DNA of 62,737 nt, counting the filler, from Sphacelaria rigidula (lineage: Eukaryota): assembly GCA_964200075.2 (NCBI GenBank). It is 10 parts of 10 records of this genome, joined end to end, with 100 filler letters (N's around TTAATTAATTAA, not from the genome) between each part and the next. Parts side by side here need not be neighbours in the genome. Positions count along the whole stretch, not along the records: positions 37,705 to 43,888 come from CAXNAA020021674.1; positions 43,989 to 50,171 come from CAXNAA020021675.1; positions 50,272 to 56,454 come from CAXNAA020021676.1; 7 more parts are not named here. One strand, 5' to 3'. Made by a program: the position numbers and the translations under genes. Below the pieces are notes generated by a model, which saw nothing but the letters and a program-made list of their open reading frames with translations, ran no database searches and was not told the origin of the DNA. Positions 38,779-52,099 of this stretch are shown piece by piece (position 1 is the first letter of the stretch; each line of letters opens with the position of its first letter).

Positions 38779-40485
38779 GGTAGCGGCGTCAGCATTGGTC
38801 TGGTTCTGGGTGCGGCGCCGTCGTAGGTGCTGCTGCTGCGCAACGGGCGGTGCAGGTGGGACCAACTTTTACAGTGCCGCACACTGCGCCGGCGCCGGTG
38901 GTGGCGCCGGTGGCGACATCGGCAGCAACGCCAGGCGCGACACCTGCTGATGCGCTGGTCGTGGTTTCGTCAAATTATTGGTCTGCTGGCTGGGAATCAT
39001 ACCCGCCGGCGGTGCCGTTTGAACCTGATGGGGCGTCTTCGCCTGCGCAGCTTGCGCAGCCGTGGCGTCAAGTGGGATTAGCGGCGCATCGGTCGGCGGA
39101 TGAAGTGCCAGTGAAGTTTGCGGACAATTATGTTCCTGCGTGCTGTGTCTTCCAAATCAATGGAAGCGTGGAGTCATTGCGGTTCGGATTGTGTTGGATT
39201 CTAGCGCCCACTATACGAGTCTTTCGGTGTAGATTGTAGAGATGCTGGAACGTCTTCTCCCGGGTGTGCCGCTGCGCATCCCGCTTCGCTCGGGGCGCGG
39301 CAGGCCGTCACCGCGTCGGGTCAGCATGTTTCCGTCACGGAGCGCACTATTCTGCTGCAGATGGCTTTCACGACTGCCTGGGGACCGACGCCGTTGCCTC
39401 CGATCTCGTTTGTGATCATGCCGGGGTCGGGTGGCGTCATTCTTCTGGGGTTACCGACGCTTCAGGATCTTGGAGTCGACCCGTATGGGCGGTTGTGGGG
39501 CTCCATCAAGACGCGGATATCTCCGCCTAGTCCGCACGTGGAGACGCCCGCCTTTTTGGGCAGTCGTCGCGTGAGCTTGTCGGTGGATACTTTTCAGGAG
39601 GCTAGGGGGCAGGTAACCGAGGAGCGAGATGCGGCGGTGAAGCGCTTGGTAAAGCCCACCTCGGAGATGTTTATGGGTCCGGCGGAAGAGAAGTCCGCTC
39701 GGAAGGTCGCGCTGGAGGAGAGCGTGACGGATGCAGTGGCGAAAGGCCTCAGCGTCTTAAAAGCGCAGAGACTGTGCGGCATACTGCATCGCCGCGTCAA
39801 TGCGTTTCGTTGTGCGCTGCGGGGTGACCACCCTGTGCGCGTGGAGCCAATTCGTGTTAAGCGAAAACATGGGGCGTCCGCGGTGAAGACGAAGCCGCGG
39901 CGGTACGATCCGATGAAGTCGAGTTAGTGGGCGTCGTGCTTGGCGGCTCTTTTGGCGCCCCGGTTGGTGTTCAGGAACTTGCAGGCGGTGTGGTCCAGTC
40001 CGGCGATGGCGTTTCCGAAGAAAGGCTCGTTTCGCCCGGTACGCGACCACAAGGCAGTGAATGAGGAGGCTGAGAAGTCGCCGGGTGTGATGCCCAACCA
40101 AGAGTTGGACAAGCGTGATCTGTTGAGTGCTCATGTTTTTGGCAAGTTGGACCTCCTCCACGATTACTGGCAGATGCCGTTGGCGGAGGAGGCGCATGAG
40201 AGTTTCACAACCACGACTCCGTTTGGCTTGTTTACCCCGAAGCCAGTGCTGCAACGCGGGCTGAATGCCACGGCATATTTTCAAGGCATCATGATGGAAC
40301 TGCTCGTCGGCTTGAACTGCAAGATATGGGTGGGTGGTGTGTTTTTGTCGCGGACACAGAAGACGAACTTAAGACACGCTTAATGCTATCTTGGCTCGTT
40401 TAGAGAGTGTTGGTTTGTTTGCGGCTGTGCACAAATGTTCATTCTTCGCTAGTGAACTCGTGAGGTGTGGGAAAGTGTACTCACA
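37793..40485 (+). mobile_element. Degenerate Ty3/Gypsy element: PBS, gag, protease and RT
   Basis: PBS-like TGGTGCGGCGAC at 37793. gag knuckle CHCCGQVGH*ARHC near 38565. Protease VLDSSA near 39192. RT WSSPAMAFPKK...KLDLLHDYWQMPL...GLNATAYFQ...KIWVGG (DD lost)...KCSFF. Multiple stops and frameshifts. Confidence 0.9.
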
Positions 40486-43149
40486 CGGACGCTCTGCATT
40501 TGGTACTTCGACGGATTCTCCAACAGAACATCCGTCAACTCTGCCCACAGAAAAACTGGATTTTCTGGACGCATCTGATCCCAGGCTTCGAACAAGATGA
40601 TGGGATACAAGAGAGGTATTAAAGATAGCGCTCTCCCCGGGGATCGCCAGTGGTTCCATATAATACTAAATGACTACACAAAGAGCACCGCAAAAACTTT
40701 ACCGCCTGTCTCGTGCAGTATTGGAAGTTGACCCTTCAGGTGCCCAGTCGCCGGGTGACCGCCTTGTTCGGGGTGCTCGGGAAGAGACGACGCCTACACG
40801 ATCAAGCCAGCATTGCATGTAGGATGGCACGCACAGAGGTATGCCGAGAGCAGCCACGGTGCTGACACTTCGCCTTGGATAGGCACAGCTGAGACTGATC
40901 CATGAAACAGAAGGACAGGAGCGAGAACACCAACCTGCCCGCTCAACCATTGAGTACTTGAGGTTGCTGCATACCTATTTAATCAAAGACCAAAACGCGA
41001 TAGAACTGTTATTAGCGCCTATCCGGCCGACTAGGAGCCATGTGTGCCTCCGCTAATTGGTTGTCGCATATTTCTTGATCCCCGATGGACCCAACTATGG
41101 CCACAAGGTGGAGATACTCTTAAGGCAAAGAAAAACGGATACTCTCGCCGAAGAAATTGCAAGAAATGGGAACGCTGAAGAAAGGAACATGTGACTGCCG
41201 GAGTAAACTGAACAAAACCAGAGACGGAACAAATCGAAACAGAAAAAAAGAGAAGCAAATTAAGGGAAAGAAGAAGAAGAAGGAGAAGAAAAGTATCCCA
41301 AAGAAAGTGTTGATGATCATGCTTATATACAAAAGATGAATGGCCGCTGCAGCGTGGCTTTAGGTAACAAGGCCGTGCGGTGAACCAAAGACAGGAACGG
41401 AAAACACACAACACACAAACAAAATTACAATAGCGTTGAGGCAGGTTGCGGCTCAGCATTTTGATAACCCCTCACTTTTTGAACATGAAGTGTCAACGAC
41501 GATTTTAACAGGAGCGCGATACGGACACTACTACAGTAAAACTGCGACCAAAAACAAGGAGTGAAAACGAGTGAGATAGAGAGACAGCACAGAACAAGAT
41601 ACCGAAGAAAGCGATGGAATCCGCGGACGATTTCTCGGAGGCACTGCCGAACATCAGACTGGCGTAAAGATGGCCCCGGGCGCCTACATCCTTTACTCTT
41701 GACTACTACTTTTGCACGTTCACAAAGATCGATGTCGCTTGTATCCAGGCGTCCAACTGTCGTCCCGTTTATCGTTATGAGTAATCTCCCAGCAAAATTG
41801 TTGTGCAGGTGAGTTGGTGGTCAGGAGTGGGTTGTGTTAGTTTTTGGAGACAATACCGTTCTGTGATTGATGTCGATAGATATCACAGGTACGTCTCATC
41901 AACCCACCGCCCTTTTCCAACAAGCTCACCGACCACCACGTCCCAATATCATCCCACGATGCAGACTACCACTGACGCGACGGCTGCGGCGAAAGTGGCG
42001 GGGCGACAGCGGCTGCAATCCACCATGGCAACAGTAGTAGTGCCACCTCCGATAGGCATGGGGATTGCAGGCACGGAGGCTGAGGAATAAGGAAACAGGT
42101 TCAACTAAAGCGAAACGCCGACCATTCTTGGACACCGCAGAACTGCCGCAGGGTCGGCAGGTTCCGCGAGTAGATTCACTGAGCGATGTCGCATATGATT
42201 CTGAGGATTTGACGGCCTTCTAGGGTGTTCCCGCTGCCGATTTTACCTGCCACTGTGACACGTCTGCAGATGTGGTGTCTACGGAGATGACCGTTTCCGA
42301 TGCTGCTGGGGTTCGGGACGATCCTGAGGTTCGGGGAGTTGCTGAAGTTCGAGGCATATACTCAAACCCTTCCTGCGCAATCAACTTCGGTTGATGTCGG
42401 CGACAAGGAGGCAAGGGAAAATGAGCAAGCCCGCTCCTACAGCGCGATCTCCACTGGCGCCTCCAGCATCGCTGATGCCACCACGACCACCACCGCCGCC
42501 GCCCGGTCTCTGCGTCAGATAAACAGCCGATGTCGATACCGTTAGCAGCAACGCCACTACTGCCGCCCCCAAGGCAAGCAAGGAGCACAATCTAAGGGGC
42601 TGGACACGGTCGAAAGGCGATGGCGATGGCGACGGCAGTCACTTAGGAGCAAAGGGTCGGTGGCGCCGGCGCCGGTGGGATCCGTTCAGCGCTCACAAAC
42701 GGCGGCTGGCATCCTAAGATTTGCGCTGGCGGAGTCCAGGGGAGTTCGGGCGGGGACGGCGGATAGTACGATAAATTCATCATGTCTAGGCCTGCCAGTG
42801 ACTTGTACCACAGCACGCCGTTTGTGTATTCGTGACGTGCTCCATCTCGGGCGTGGTTGTTCCTCCCGTTCCCATTGAGAAATGGGTGATGTTGCCGTTG
42901 ACCACCCCCCGCACCCACTACGAGCCCGTGTTGGAGGCATGATTTAGTGTCGGTGAGCCAGCAAAAGAACTAGAAGGAACCAGACCCCCAGCGAGTACTA
43001 GGATTGGGATGTCCCAGTACGTTGAAGATATCCCGCCAATACAATGAAAATGGACAAGCTGGAGATTCTCTCGAAGGAGATCGAGAGAGAGAGAGTAAGG
43101 AAGGGCGGATGGAGGAGTAAAAAATGGTCGGGTAAGATATTACTACTGC

Positions 43150-43691
43150 AGTGCTGTTATTCGGAGTACGTAGCGACATGACGAGAATGGAGTTTATAAA
43201 GAAATGAGATGAAGTTAGGTTATACTGTTTGGAAAGAGGAAAAGTAGAAAGGGAGGGAAAACACTTCCGAGTCACACTAAAACAGGGAGCGAGCAAGGAG
43301 TGGGAAAGGATAGAAACAAGTAAGGTATCGGCATGGGTTAGAATGGTAGGATGGAGAGAGAGGATGTATTGCTAACATAATAAGAAACATGAGACGTAGT
43401 GCACAAGCAAACGGAGGGAAAGAGAGGCAGGAACCGGTGAATGCCCGGAAGGGGAAGGAGAGGGGACACAGCGCCCCGAAGCAAGTGGACGAAGTCCGAA
43501 CCGGCAAGGGGCAGAACAATCAAGCAAGGGAAAGTAGAAGTACGAGACACGGGAAGAGGATAGGGGACAACAAGAGAACAGATAATGATTCGGAGAGGAA
43601 GTTGAGAATAGGATCGTGGAACGTATGTGGATTCGCCACAGACGACCGCAAACGAGAAGACATAGCGCGACAAGTGAATAAACACGACCTA
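43150..43691 (+). mobile_element. Non-LTR retrotransposon (LINE) fragment: start of the APE endonuclease
   Basis: RKLRIGSWNVCGFATDDRKREDIARQVNKHDL matches the N-terminal APE motif and is cut off just before the expected DI..IQE. Confidence 0.7.
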
Positions 43692-43888
43692 GGTGGTGGT
43701 GTAATGGTCCGACTGTCGCCATGAGGGTGGAGAGAACGGGGGTTCGATCCCCGATGTGTTGGGTTTTCTTTGTGATATATGATTTCCACCGTGGAAAGCG
43801 TGAGAACATGAGTCAAGAAAGTAGTCGACTGGATTTGTGTGACGTGAGTTGACGCGGTGCGGGAGTGCTGACCCAATCCGCGAGATCA
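43692..43888 (+). mobile_element. tRNA-derived SINE, 5' part
   Basis: Pol III A box TGGTGTAATGG and B box GGTTCGATCC. The body GAGTTGACGCGGTGCGGGAGTGCTGACCCAATCCGCGAGA recurs inverted at ~47327-47366. Confidence 0.75.
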
Positions 43889-44741
43889 NNNNNNNNNNNN
43901 NNNNNNNNNNNNNNNNNNNNNNNNNNNNNNNNTTAATTAATTAANNNNNNNNNNNNNNNNNNNNNNNNNNNNNNNNNNNNNNNNNNNNTTGGCTGAGACA
44001 CTTTTTCGTCTATAGCGCCACCGCTACGGCCTTGAACAAAAATCCGGCTATGTCAACCTCTTAGTCTTTTCATTGCGGTCAGTATGATACCATTTATGCG
44101 ACTATTGGGTGCGTATTGCCGAAGGCATTTGCTGATGACACAATTTTGAGTGATCACCGTGAGCCAAGCTGTAGAGTTTACAAGATCTAGTTGACAAACT
44201 CCATCGCCGAATAAAACTTCGTTCAGTTTTAGTGGAGACTGCCACATTTGGATATTTTTTTGTGGCCGACATTCCGAGGTGTCTGCACAACGTGGGCAAG
44301 GGGCGTTTGGGCTCAATCGATGCCGATTCCAGCTCTGCAAACGCACACTTTTCCTAGGACATCATGTTCACTCCTCTTACCCGAGGATTCTCCGTATGCC
44401 TTGGATTGGTATTAGGGTTGATAGATTCAGGGTTTGACATACACAAATATGTTCAACCACGAAGATCATGGACTAGTTGTACTTAGTGTTGAAGTACGTT
44501 CAACGAGGTGAGATAGCACACAGAGAGGTTTACTTGAACCTCATCGAGAATAGGTCGAATGAAATATACTTGTTCACTCTCCTCAAGGAGACTAACTCGA
44601 ATAGACAACAGGCGTTCAGCTTGCCGCGGCGCGATAGCATACACACTGAGAGTACGTACAACCTGCAGTCCAGATCTTACCGCACAACACCTTATATGCG
44701 TACACTCCAAATCCTGGATGGGGGAAGCACTCGTAGCTCAC

Positions 44742-45550
44742 CATATCGTCTTTTTGCCTTGCAGCTCCTTCACACTTTCTTCTGCCTCTGCCTTCTCTTC
44801 TTCAATGCCTTCGTTAGAGTCGCTGGGCAGCTCGTAGGCATCTTTCAGCGTGATTGCTCCGAAGTAGAGGAAGGCGGCGGCAGCTATGATATCGTCTAAC
44901 GGCAAACCGGACGTGAAAGTTGATGGGACAGAGTGAAAAGCTACCCCCAGGGCAACAGCAATCACGGTCATGACCGCCAGGGCACCCACAGCGCCAGCGA
45001 AGGAAATGAAGCGTGATGTTTTTGCAGCCAACAGGGCGGCTATGAAAAAAGTCTTGTCCCCAATTTCTGATACGAACACGAGGGAGAAGGCCTGAAAAAA
45101 GCCAGAGTTGGTGAGGCTCTCCATTAATGTGCCATCCATGGCCGCGGACGCGAGTGGGACGACGCCCTCAGCTGCAACTGCCGCGTGGGGGAGCATTTGA
45201 CTTGCAGCTGCTGCCCCTGCACTCAGCAACGCCACCTTCCCGTGAGTGCTAAGCTTGCGCAATCCTAACAGGCCTCGCCCCGCCCTCGACGATCGCTCTG
45301 TCCCCCTACTAGTGCGCCCACTGAGTTGCTCACTATCCCTCTTGTGCGACATGGATAGAGCACCAGTCTCCGCTGTTGGTCGATGACGTTGTCGCCGTGT
45401 GATGGGGCTCAACGGCGAAACATGCGCTCTGGAAGCAACGATAAACGAGCGGTCAGGGTGCGCCGGCATCGCTGCATGAGGAATGAACCCACAAACCGTA
45501 GCTGCACCGGCCAGAAATACCAGTACCCCTGACGATATTGCAATCCTCAT
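44742..45550 (-). CDS. GDT1: GDT1/UPF0016 (TMEM165, PAM71-like) Mn2+/Ca2+ transporter, plastid-targeted, exon 1
   Basis: AFSLVFVSEIGDKTFFIAALLA contains the ExGDKT motif, followed by hydrophobic helices and an acidic loop. Signal peptide ends VCG-FIP. Donor TG|GTGAGC. Later exons were not found in this contig. Confidence 0.9.
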
Positions 45551-45800
45551 GCTAGCAACGCTTCTCCAGCGATGCCGTCTACACCCTGGGTGGGGCTCGC
45601 GTGCGGCATATCCCCGTGGAGCATGACAAGACCACGTGGCATGCTAGCAAGCAAGTATTACTGTACAATGACTCATGTATAGAAGTGCTTACTGTAGCGA
45701 GTATGCTCACCCGCACCAGTGCGGCCATGCTGTTCCAACCAAAACGCATAGTACGTCGAAACAGTGCGGTAATATTGTAGACATCAAAAGTAAGACGGTC

Positions 45801-46580
45801 ATGGTGACCCGGCCGGCCGTTATGCTGGCGGCCTTGAGCGTCAGAACATCAGCATTTTCTTACCCTCTCATCACTACTGCCGGAACTCGATACCTACGAG
45901 CTCATGGTCATGGTTTCAGCACACGTGTGAGCCGGTTGCTCGCTGTCGGGACCACCGAGGTCGAAGGTCGCCCTGAAGTCTTGTTGGGGACCGGAAGCGA
46001 AATGCCGAATGTGAAGTCTTCATTTCTCCAAACCCTTGTTGAGCGAGGCTTCTATCACCAGTGCACCGATGTCGCAGGACTTGACAAGAAACTCTCTAGC
46101 GGCGAGCTGGTTAAGGCGTATCTTGGGTTTGATGCAACAGCCGACAGGTGATCGCTTTCGTATCTCCTGTCAAGTTGATGTTGGACAAACTTCGGTACAG
46201 TACAGTTGATTGCTACCTGCGCTGCCTGTGCCGCCTGTAGCAGTTGAGGTTTGCTATTTGAACTTATCAATGGAGAAGCGCATAACGAGCAAGATTCGTA
46301 TTTTGTGACAAATGTGCTGCGTGATTTGATGAACTGCCGATTCGCTCTCTCAGCCACGCTCACACTGCGCCGGCTACTGCACTCGCCGTTTCTGTCGCTC
46401 AATTGGAATGCAAATGGGTACAGTCTACATGTTGGGAGTCTCCTCCAGATCATGATCTTGCGCCATCTGCAAAAGGCGGGGCATCAACCGATCGTTTTGG
46501 TAGGAGGGGGCACGACCAAAGTTGGGGACCCATCCGGCAAGGACGAATCCCGGCAACTATTGGATGAGGCTGCAATCCAG
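45801..46580 (+). CDS. tyrS: Organellar (bacterial-type) tyrosyl-tRNA synthetase, exons 45801-46147 and 46424-46580
   Basis: Spliced sequence [10 protein letters not shown]...[21 protein letters not shown]...[19 protein letters not shown] shows the HIGH-type and GDPSGK motifs, with a GT-AG intron in compatible phase. Presequence TSA-FSYP. Confidence 0.93.
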
Positions 46581-47159
46581 GTCCGTGACAATTCTAAAAA
46601 CCTACAGTATGGTTTGGCTCACGTTGTGTTTATCCCTGTTCTACTGGAGCCCGTTGCAAATGTCGTGTTGTATCCAGCTCTGAATGAGGGGAATCTCAAA
46701 CGTCCAGTCACTGAGCCGTACCGACTAGGACGTCTCGTCTCGAAATAGTAGATTCTCCAACACTTTTGTCCTCGCCTCGACATGGTGCAGTATGTACACT
46801 GTGATACTCCTACATCGTGATCCCCGTACGAGACAAGCATGGTGCGGTTGTGCTCATCACATGCCGTAGTTTGTTGGGTGTAACTGTCGTGATAGCCAAA
46901 AAGGGGCAAGCAACGTTGCCGGCATAAAATCGCCGCAGTTACTCATTACGCAATTAAGTTGTATAGGATTTCTACTCATATTGTAAATTGGTGTATAGGT
47001 ACATGATGCCATCTGTCGTGTTGCCGAAATCAACCTGATCGCGCCGGCAGCCTTTCTGTTCCGAGAATTCGGCCTGACAACCCCGTCAGATTTTGGAGGA
47101 TGGCCATAGTGTAGGACGTCAATCATCGCTTAAACGGGAAGAGCGAGTCCTCTATATTG

Positions 47160-47390
47160 TTTAGAAGAATAGCTGCAGCCTCAATCCACTTAACTCGTGC
47201 GTATGTCAATTTTTACCCGCCCTGCTCCTTCCCTTGTCACACTTTGAACCCCTCCCCTTCCTCGGGACGAGTCTGTTGTCTCCAGGGATCAACCTATATC
47301 TCCCCGGTACACGCCTTGCATTTTAGTCTCGCGGATTGGGTCAGCACTCCCGCACCGCGTCAACTCTCGTCAAACACTTCACTCGTTGGA
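47160..47390 (-). mobile_element. Second copy (3' body) of the SINE at 43692, probably intronic
   Basis: Reverse-complement match of about 45 nt to 43835-43886. Confidence 0.65.
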
Positions 47391-47396
47391 CAACTC

Positions 47397-47803
47397 ATGA
47401 GCTAGCTCATCTGTGGGCTGTAGCTCACTTGTGGTGAAGTATGTGCAGATGAGCTACGCCCGATAGCTCACTCAGGGTGACTATGCGCGAGCGAGCCACG
47501 GCTTGGTGGCTCACCCACGACAAACGTAGCTCACGTGGCTGTCGAAGCTCACTCAGGGCAGACATGCGTAGCTCATGTAGCCCTCATAGTTCATCCACGG
47601 TGAACATGCGCTGGTGAGCCACGTCCCACAGCTCATCCAGGCCAAATATGCATACCTGATGTAGCGCTCATGGCACACCCACGGGAAACATGCGCAGATG
47701 AGCGCCGTAGCCCACCCAGGCCGAACATGCGTAGCTCATGTAGATCTCACAACTCAGTGGGGAGCTACGCCCAAGAAGAGCTAGAACGAGCTACAACTAG
47801 CTG
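47397..47803. repeat. Degenerate array rich in AGCTCA/TGAGCT and ACATGCG motifs
   Basis: TAGCTCA, GAGCTAC and AACATGCG recur at short irregular spacing in both orientations. Confidence 0.65.
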
Positions 47804-49456
47804 ATATGTCCCACTTTTCCAATAGTGTTAACGCTTTGAGCGCCGGGCCTCGTTTCGGTACAATATTAGGCCGTCAGTCCCGCGGGGAATGTGCAACCAT
47901 GTACTGTACAAAATATTTGAACAACGTGTAGTGCAGACAGAACAGTGCTGTCTGTACTGTCTGCATACGGTAGAGAGTAGATGCGAGTTTGCACGCAGTA
48001 GTACAGGGACTGTACGAAAAACAATTTGAACAACATCCACATCCAGTGTAGACAGCACAGTAGTGTTTTCACCGAAAACAGTAGTCACCCTTGTTGTGCT
48101 TTAGCTTGCCTCACGGTATCAACTATTCTGCGATGCTGGTGCGAAGTAAACAACATGGCTCCAACGACTGCGTACGAAGTGAACGGATGAGGTGACTATG
48201 GGGCCATTCCCAGGTCGTTTAGTCGAGCATAACTTTGCAGTGTATCGCGCGTTAGCTGCCGATTCCAAAATTCGGACCGGCTGCTCTCCGCTGTTTTGCT
48301 GTAATGACCCTGATGCTCTACTGCTCTGCTGTCTGTACGTGAAGCATGTCATTTTGACAACCCACTCTTGAAACCCTCGCGGGAGCAAGCGCCCGACAGT
48401 AAGATTACAAAGCGTTCGACAGCAGCGCATTACGCTTTTTCATCACATGGTGGATATATATTTTTTGTAACAGCGCGTGAAAATTGCTGTGCATGGGCGC
48501 AGTGCGTCGTATCGGTAGTGTTGAGTCTAAGTGATTTCCAGATTCTGTGGGCTGAAATACAACTTAACCTTTCGTCACAAATAATCTTTCGGCCTGCTTT
48601 TGCGGGACGATACAGGCTAGGCTACCTAAGAAGCTCACCCCTTCAGCCCGTTCTAAGTAACGATGTATCGTGAGCTGTGCCTGCTATGACGCATCCTGGT
48701 AATCGGCAAATCAGCGCGCGTGTTCAAATCCGTGTGGCACTACGATCCAACAAGATCTCATCAAACGAAATACCGAACTGTACTCAAGTGCGAAAGTGTA
48801 GAGAGTTGAGGGTACCATGTGCCGCGGAACTGGCAAAAGGAAACCGAGTGATATTGGATTTTCGGTTATAGTCGGTTGTGCCGCGTGGTGCCGCACAAGC
48901 TGCGATCGTACAATAACACATGTCGCACTAGGCGCAGTATTCAAGATGGCCCGCAGACGATGCCCCCAGCGCGCCAAGGCGTCTGGTGGTAGTGTGCGAA
49001 CCAACGAGCAGTTTGTGAAGATCTACGGGCCGAAAGTAGAAGAAAAGTCAAAGGCGAACTTCCGGCTGAGGTTCCATCTCCACACAAGAACCGGATTTCG
49101 AGAGAATGATGCAATTCCCCGGCTCAATTTTTGGTTGTTGTTGATGAGGTTTTGACGTGATGTACAGGACGTATGTGCGAACACCCCTTCGTTTCTCCCG
49201 TGTTTTATTTTTTATTTTTTCCTTCGTGTCATCGGCAACGGAACATTTCAGAATAATTTTTCCGGAACGAGTTGCCAATAACTTTTGAAGGAAGAAAAAA
49301 AACAGAAAGGAGTAAGGAGGGTTCTTCGCACACACGTCCTATACATGTGTCGAAATTTCGTCGGAAACAACTTGAAATCGAACAGCGTGGTTGCGTTTCA
49401 ATTATTCGTGGCTGGTCCATCTCCATATATTACAGGTACCGGGTTACGACAGAATG

Positions 49457-49548
49457 ACGCGAGTCTTGAGCTCAATCTCAAGTCGTTTTTGATGAATTTG
49501 TACATGGTGTACAGGACGTACGTGCGAAGACCCTCTATTTTTCCCCCT

Positions 49549-49582
<34 letters not shown>

Positions 49583-49742
49583 TAGGAATATTTAAAAACT
49601 ATTTTTCATATTAAAATTTCAAACAAATAAAATAAAAAAATAAAAAAAAAAAGGGGGAAATAGGGGGTCTCCGCACGTACGTCCTGTACATTCTGTCAAA
49701 ATCCCATCAAAAACGATGAAAAAGTGAGCTCAAGACTCGCGT
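49457..49742. mobile_element. Foldback MITE with central polyT/polyA; older related copy at ~49080-49445
   Basis: TIR ACGCGAGTCTTGAGCTCA / TGAGCTCAAGACTCGCGT, and inner arms TGTACAGGACGTACGTGCG / CGCACGTACGTCCTGTACA. Confidence 0.85.
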
Positions 49743-50271
49743 GTCAACATTCCTGTTCGCATCTTGGGCGGCCCAGCCTGTAGAGAAGAGTGACAGTTTT
49801 CTCCTCCTCAGTTCGAGCGTCTAGTGTGAAATACTGTTCCGAAATAGACCATTTTTTATTTGGATAATGGAGTATTAAGAAAATAAGTTAATATATAATA
49901 ACTTGTGTATCCAGCGACGAGATATTCACGCTAATAATACACTAGATGCGGTTGCTGATATTTTCGCGGCATTTTTCGGTGAACGTTTTCTGGTTTTCTG
50001 ACAGTAACGTCTTTGACGGACACGATAAAACCGAAAATTGGCGGTATACCGCCTATATACCGTTTCCGTTCACCAGGACGGTAATTTTACCATTGTAAGC
50101 ATGTACAAAACATGGCCAAGGGCCTAGAAAAGGTATACCGTCTCGTTCCTTGCTCAAGAAAGGTACGAAAANNNNNNNNNNNNNNNNNNNNNNNNNNNNN
50201 NNNNNNNNNNNNNNNTTAATTAATTAANNNNNNNNNNNNNNNNNNNNNNNNNNNNNNNNNNNNNNNNNNNN

Positions 50272-50450
50272 CGTACTCATTTGTTGCTTGCCTTGGTCGT
50301 TTGACCATTGACCACGCATCCCTTTCGAGACGGAGCACTGTTCCTACTCCTAACAGGGGAGGGGGGGGGGGCGTACTCATTTGTTGCTTACCTTAGTCGT
50401 TTTTGTTGCTTGCCTCAGTCGTTTGACCATTGATCACGCATCCCTTTAGA
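50272..50450 (+). repeat. Tandem/dispersed repeat with polyG; related copy at 31235-31320
   Basis: CGTACT.ATTT.TT..TTGCCTT.G..GTTTGA.CATT.ACC...CCCTTT.GAGACGGAGC is shared. Both copies sit at contig ends. Confidence 0.7.
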
Positions 50451-52099
50451 GCCACCTTCAACATTCCGGCGCTCACCATGTTCATAACGTCTAATAGGGG
50501 GGGGGGTTCATGGTGGGGCGGGAGCGAGGGGGGATCCGCGCGTTTGATCCCCAAACTAAAATGAGTCTCCTCGATAGTGCCGCCAGTCTCGAAAGTCGAC
50601 TGGCTGGGTATGCGTGGGTTTAAAGAAATCCGGCAAGCTCTTCTTGTTTTCCCTGTTTTGTTTTTGTTTCACCAGTGCGCCTGCGTGCTCAGTTTTAAAA
50701 ATTGGTGTTTAACGTCGTTTGTGCAGTCGTGTACGACGTACCAAGTGTGCAATGTACTGATACGTGTAAATGCAAAATAGGTGACGACGCGACCGACTGT
50801 GTATTTCGTTGGCTCCGATGCTTTTTTCGTTCGGTCCATCAGTGAGGGGGAGATGTCCTGTAGTCACTCTTGGTCTCTGCTGGAAGACGAACAGGGTGTA
50901 TAGAAAAGAGGATCTTGCTCAGCCGCGATCACACAGAAGTCACAGAGGTGAACAATACAGCCGGGTGTTCGGCTTGAGTTGTTTCAAGACCGATCGCTTC
51001 TGTATGTCGCGGCTAATGTGTCCACTGCCTATAGAAGGTTGCCACCATATTGGGGGTCGCAGTCGTTGCGTGATGCGCCGTGAAAGCTTATTGCGCAGTC
51101 CAGTTCAAAAGAGTCGAGAGACCATTTTTTTTTCATTTAATCATGCTTCCGCTTGCACAAACACAGTGCAGTCTCCTCTCCAGGGCATGTTACATAACAG
51201 CATCCAAAATAAGTGACAGTTGCGCCTCTTGAAAAAATCTGCACCCATCGACATGATGCAGGATCAAACCAACGAAGGATGATGAAACAAAGTAGGTTAG
51301 TTTTTGAGGGGGGTATCGTCGATCCTCACACAAGTCCAGGGTAGCTAACCTCCCAGCTGTCACATCATCAGAGACCTGGACCGTGCGTCAGAGTTGTAAG
51401 GCGATTGGACAACCGTGATTGGCGCAGTGGAGAACGCGATGCCATGCACCGTTGATCAGGAACCGAACACGGTACGAACTCATCATGTTGGGAGGAGCAC
51501 CTTTATAACCAAGCATTCCGGGCAAGCGTCCCTGTCCACCCACCTACGGCCATGGGTTATACGTTATATGCAGCCCCCCACTGTTTTCTGAGAACTGTAG
51601 CGGAAGAAGTATACGAAGTGTAGCTCACGCCGGTGAGGCCGCTGAAAATTGCTCCAAGCGCCACTGTTTTTTGCCGAAACTACAACAAATACCTGACCAT
51701 CTTGTTTCGGAAGATGAGAAGCTATGAATGACTTCACCCCCGTGGGAAGCAATTGATGCCGCGATAGCCGCCCCCTCAAACAAGTCTCACCATTATCACG
51801 GAGGAAATGGCCATACGGCGTATGATGATAACTGGTTTCGGACTGGGTGAAGCGCCTCATATGGGCAACATTGACGAAAACGACCCAAAGCGTGCGAGTT
51901 TTCAGCTTGTCGGTGTGCACAGCTCCCATCGTGTTGATTCGCACGTAGATTTTGCCTGCTCGAACCAGTCATTTTTCTGGGGGGGACTATCGCAGCACCA
52001 CTCGGCCTTCAGTGTTTTGCCGTTTTGGCGTTCATCAGGGATTACTCAATGTTCACCAATAAGAGTGTGGGTCCTCCCATTGATTCGCATAATATGATG

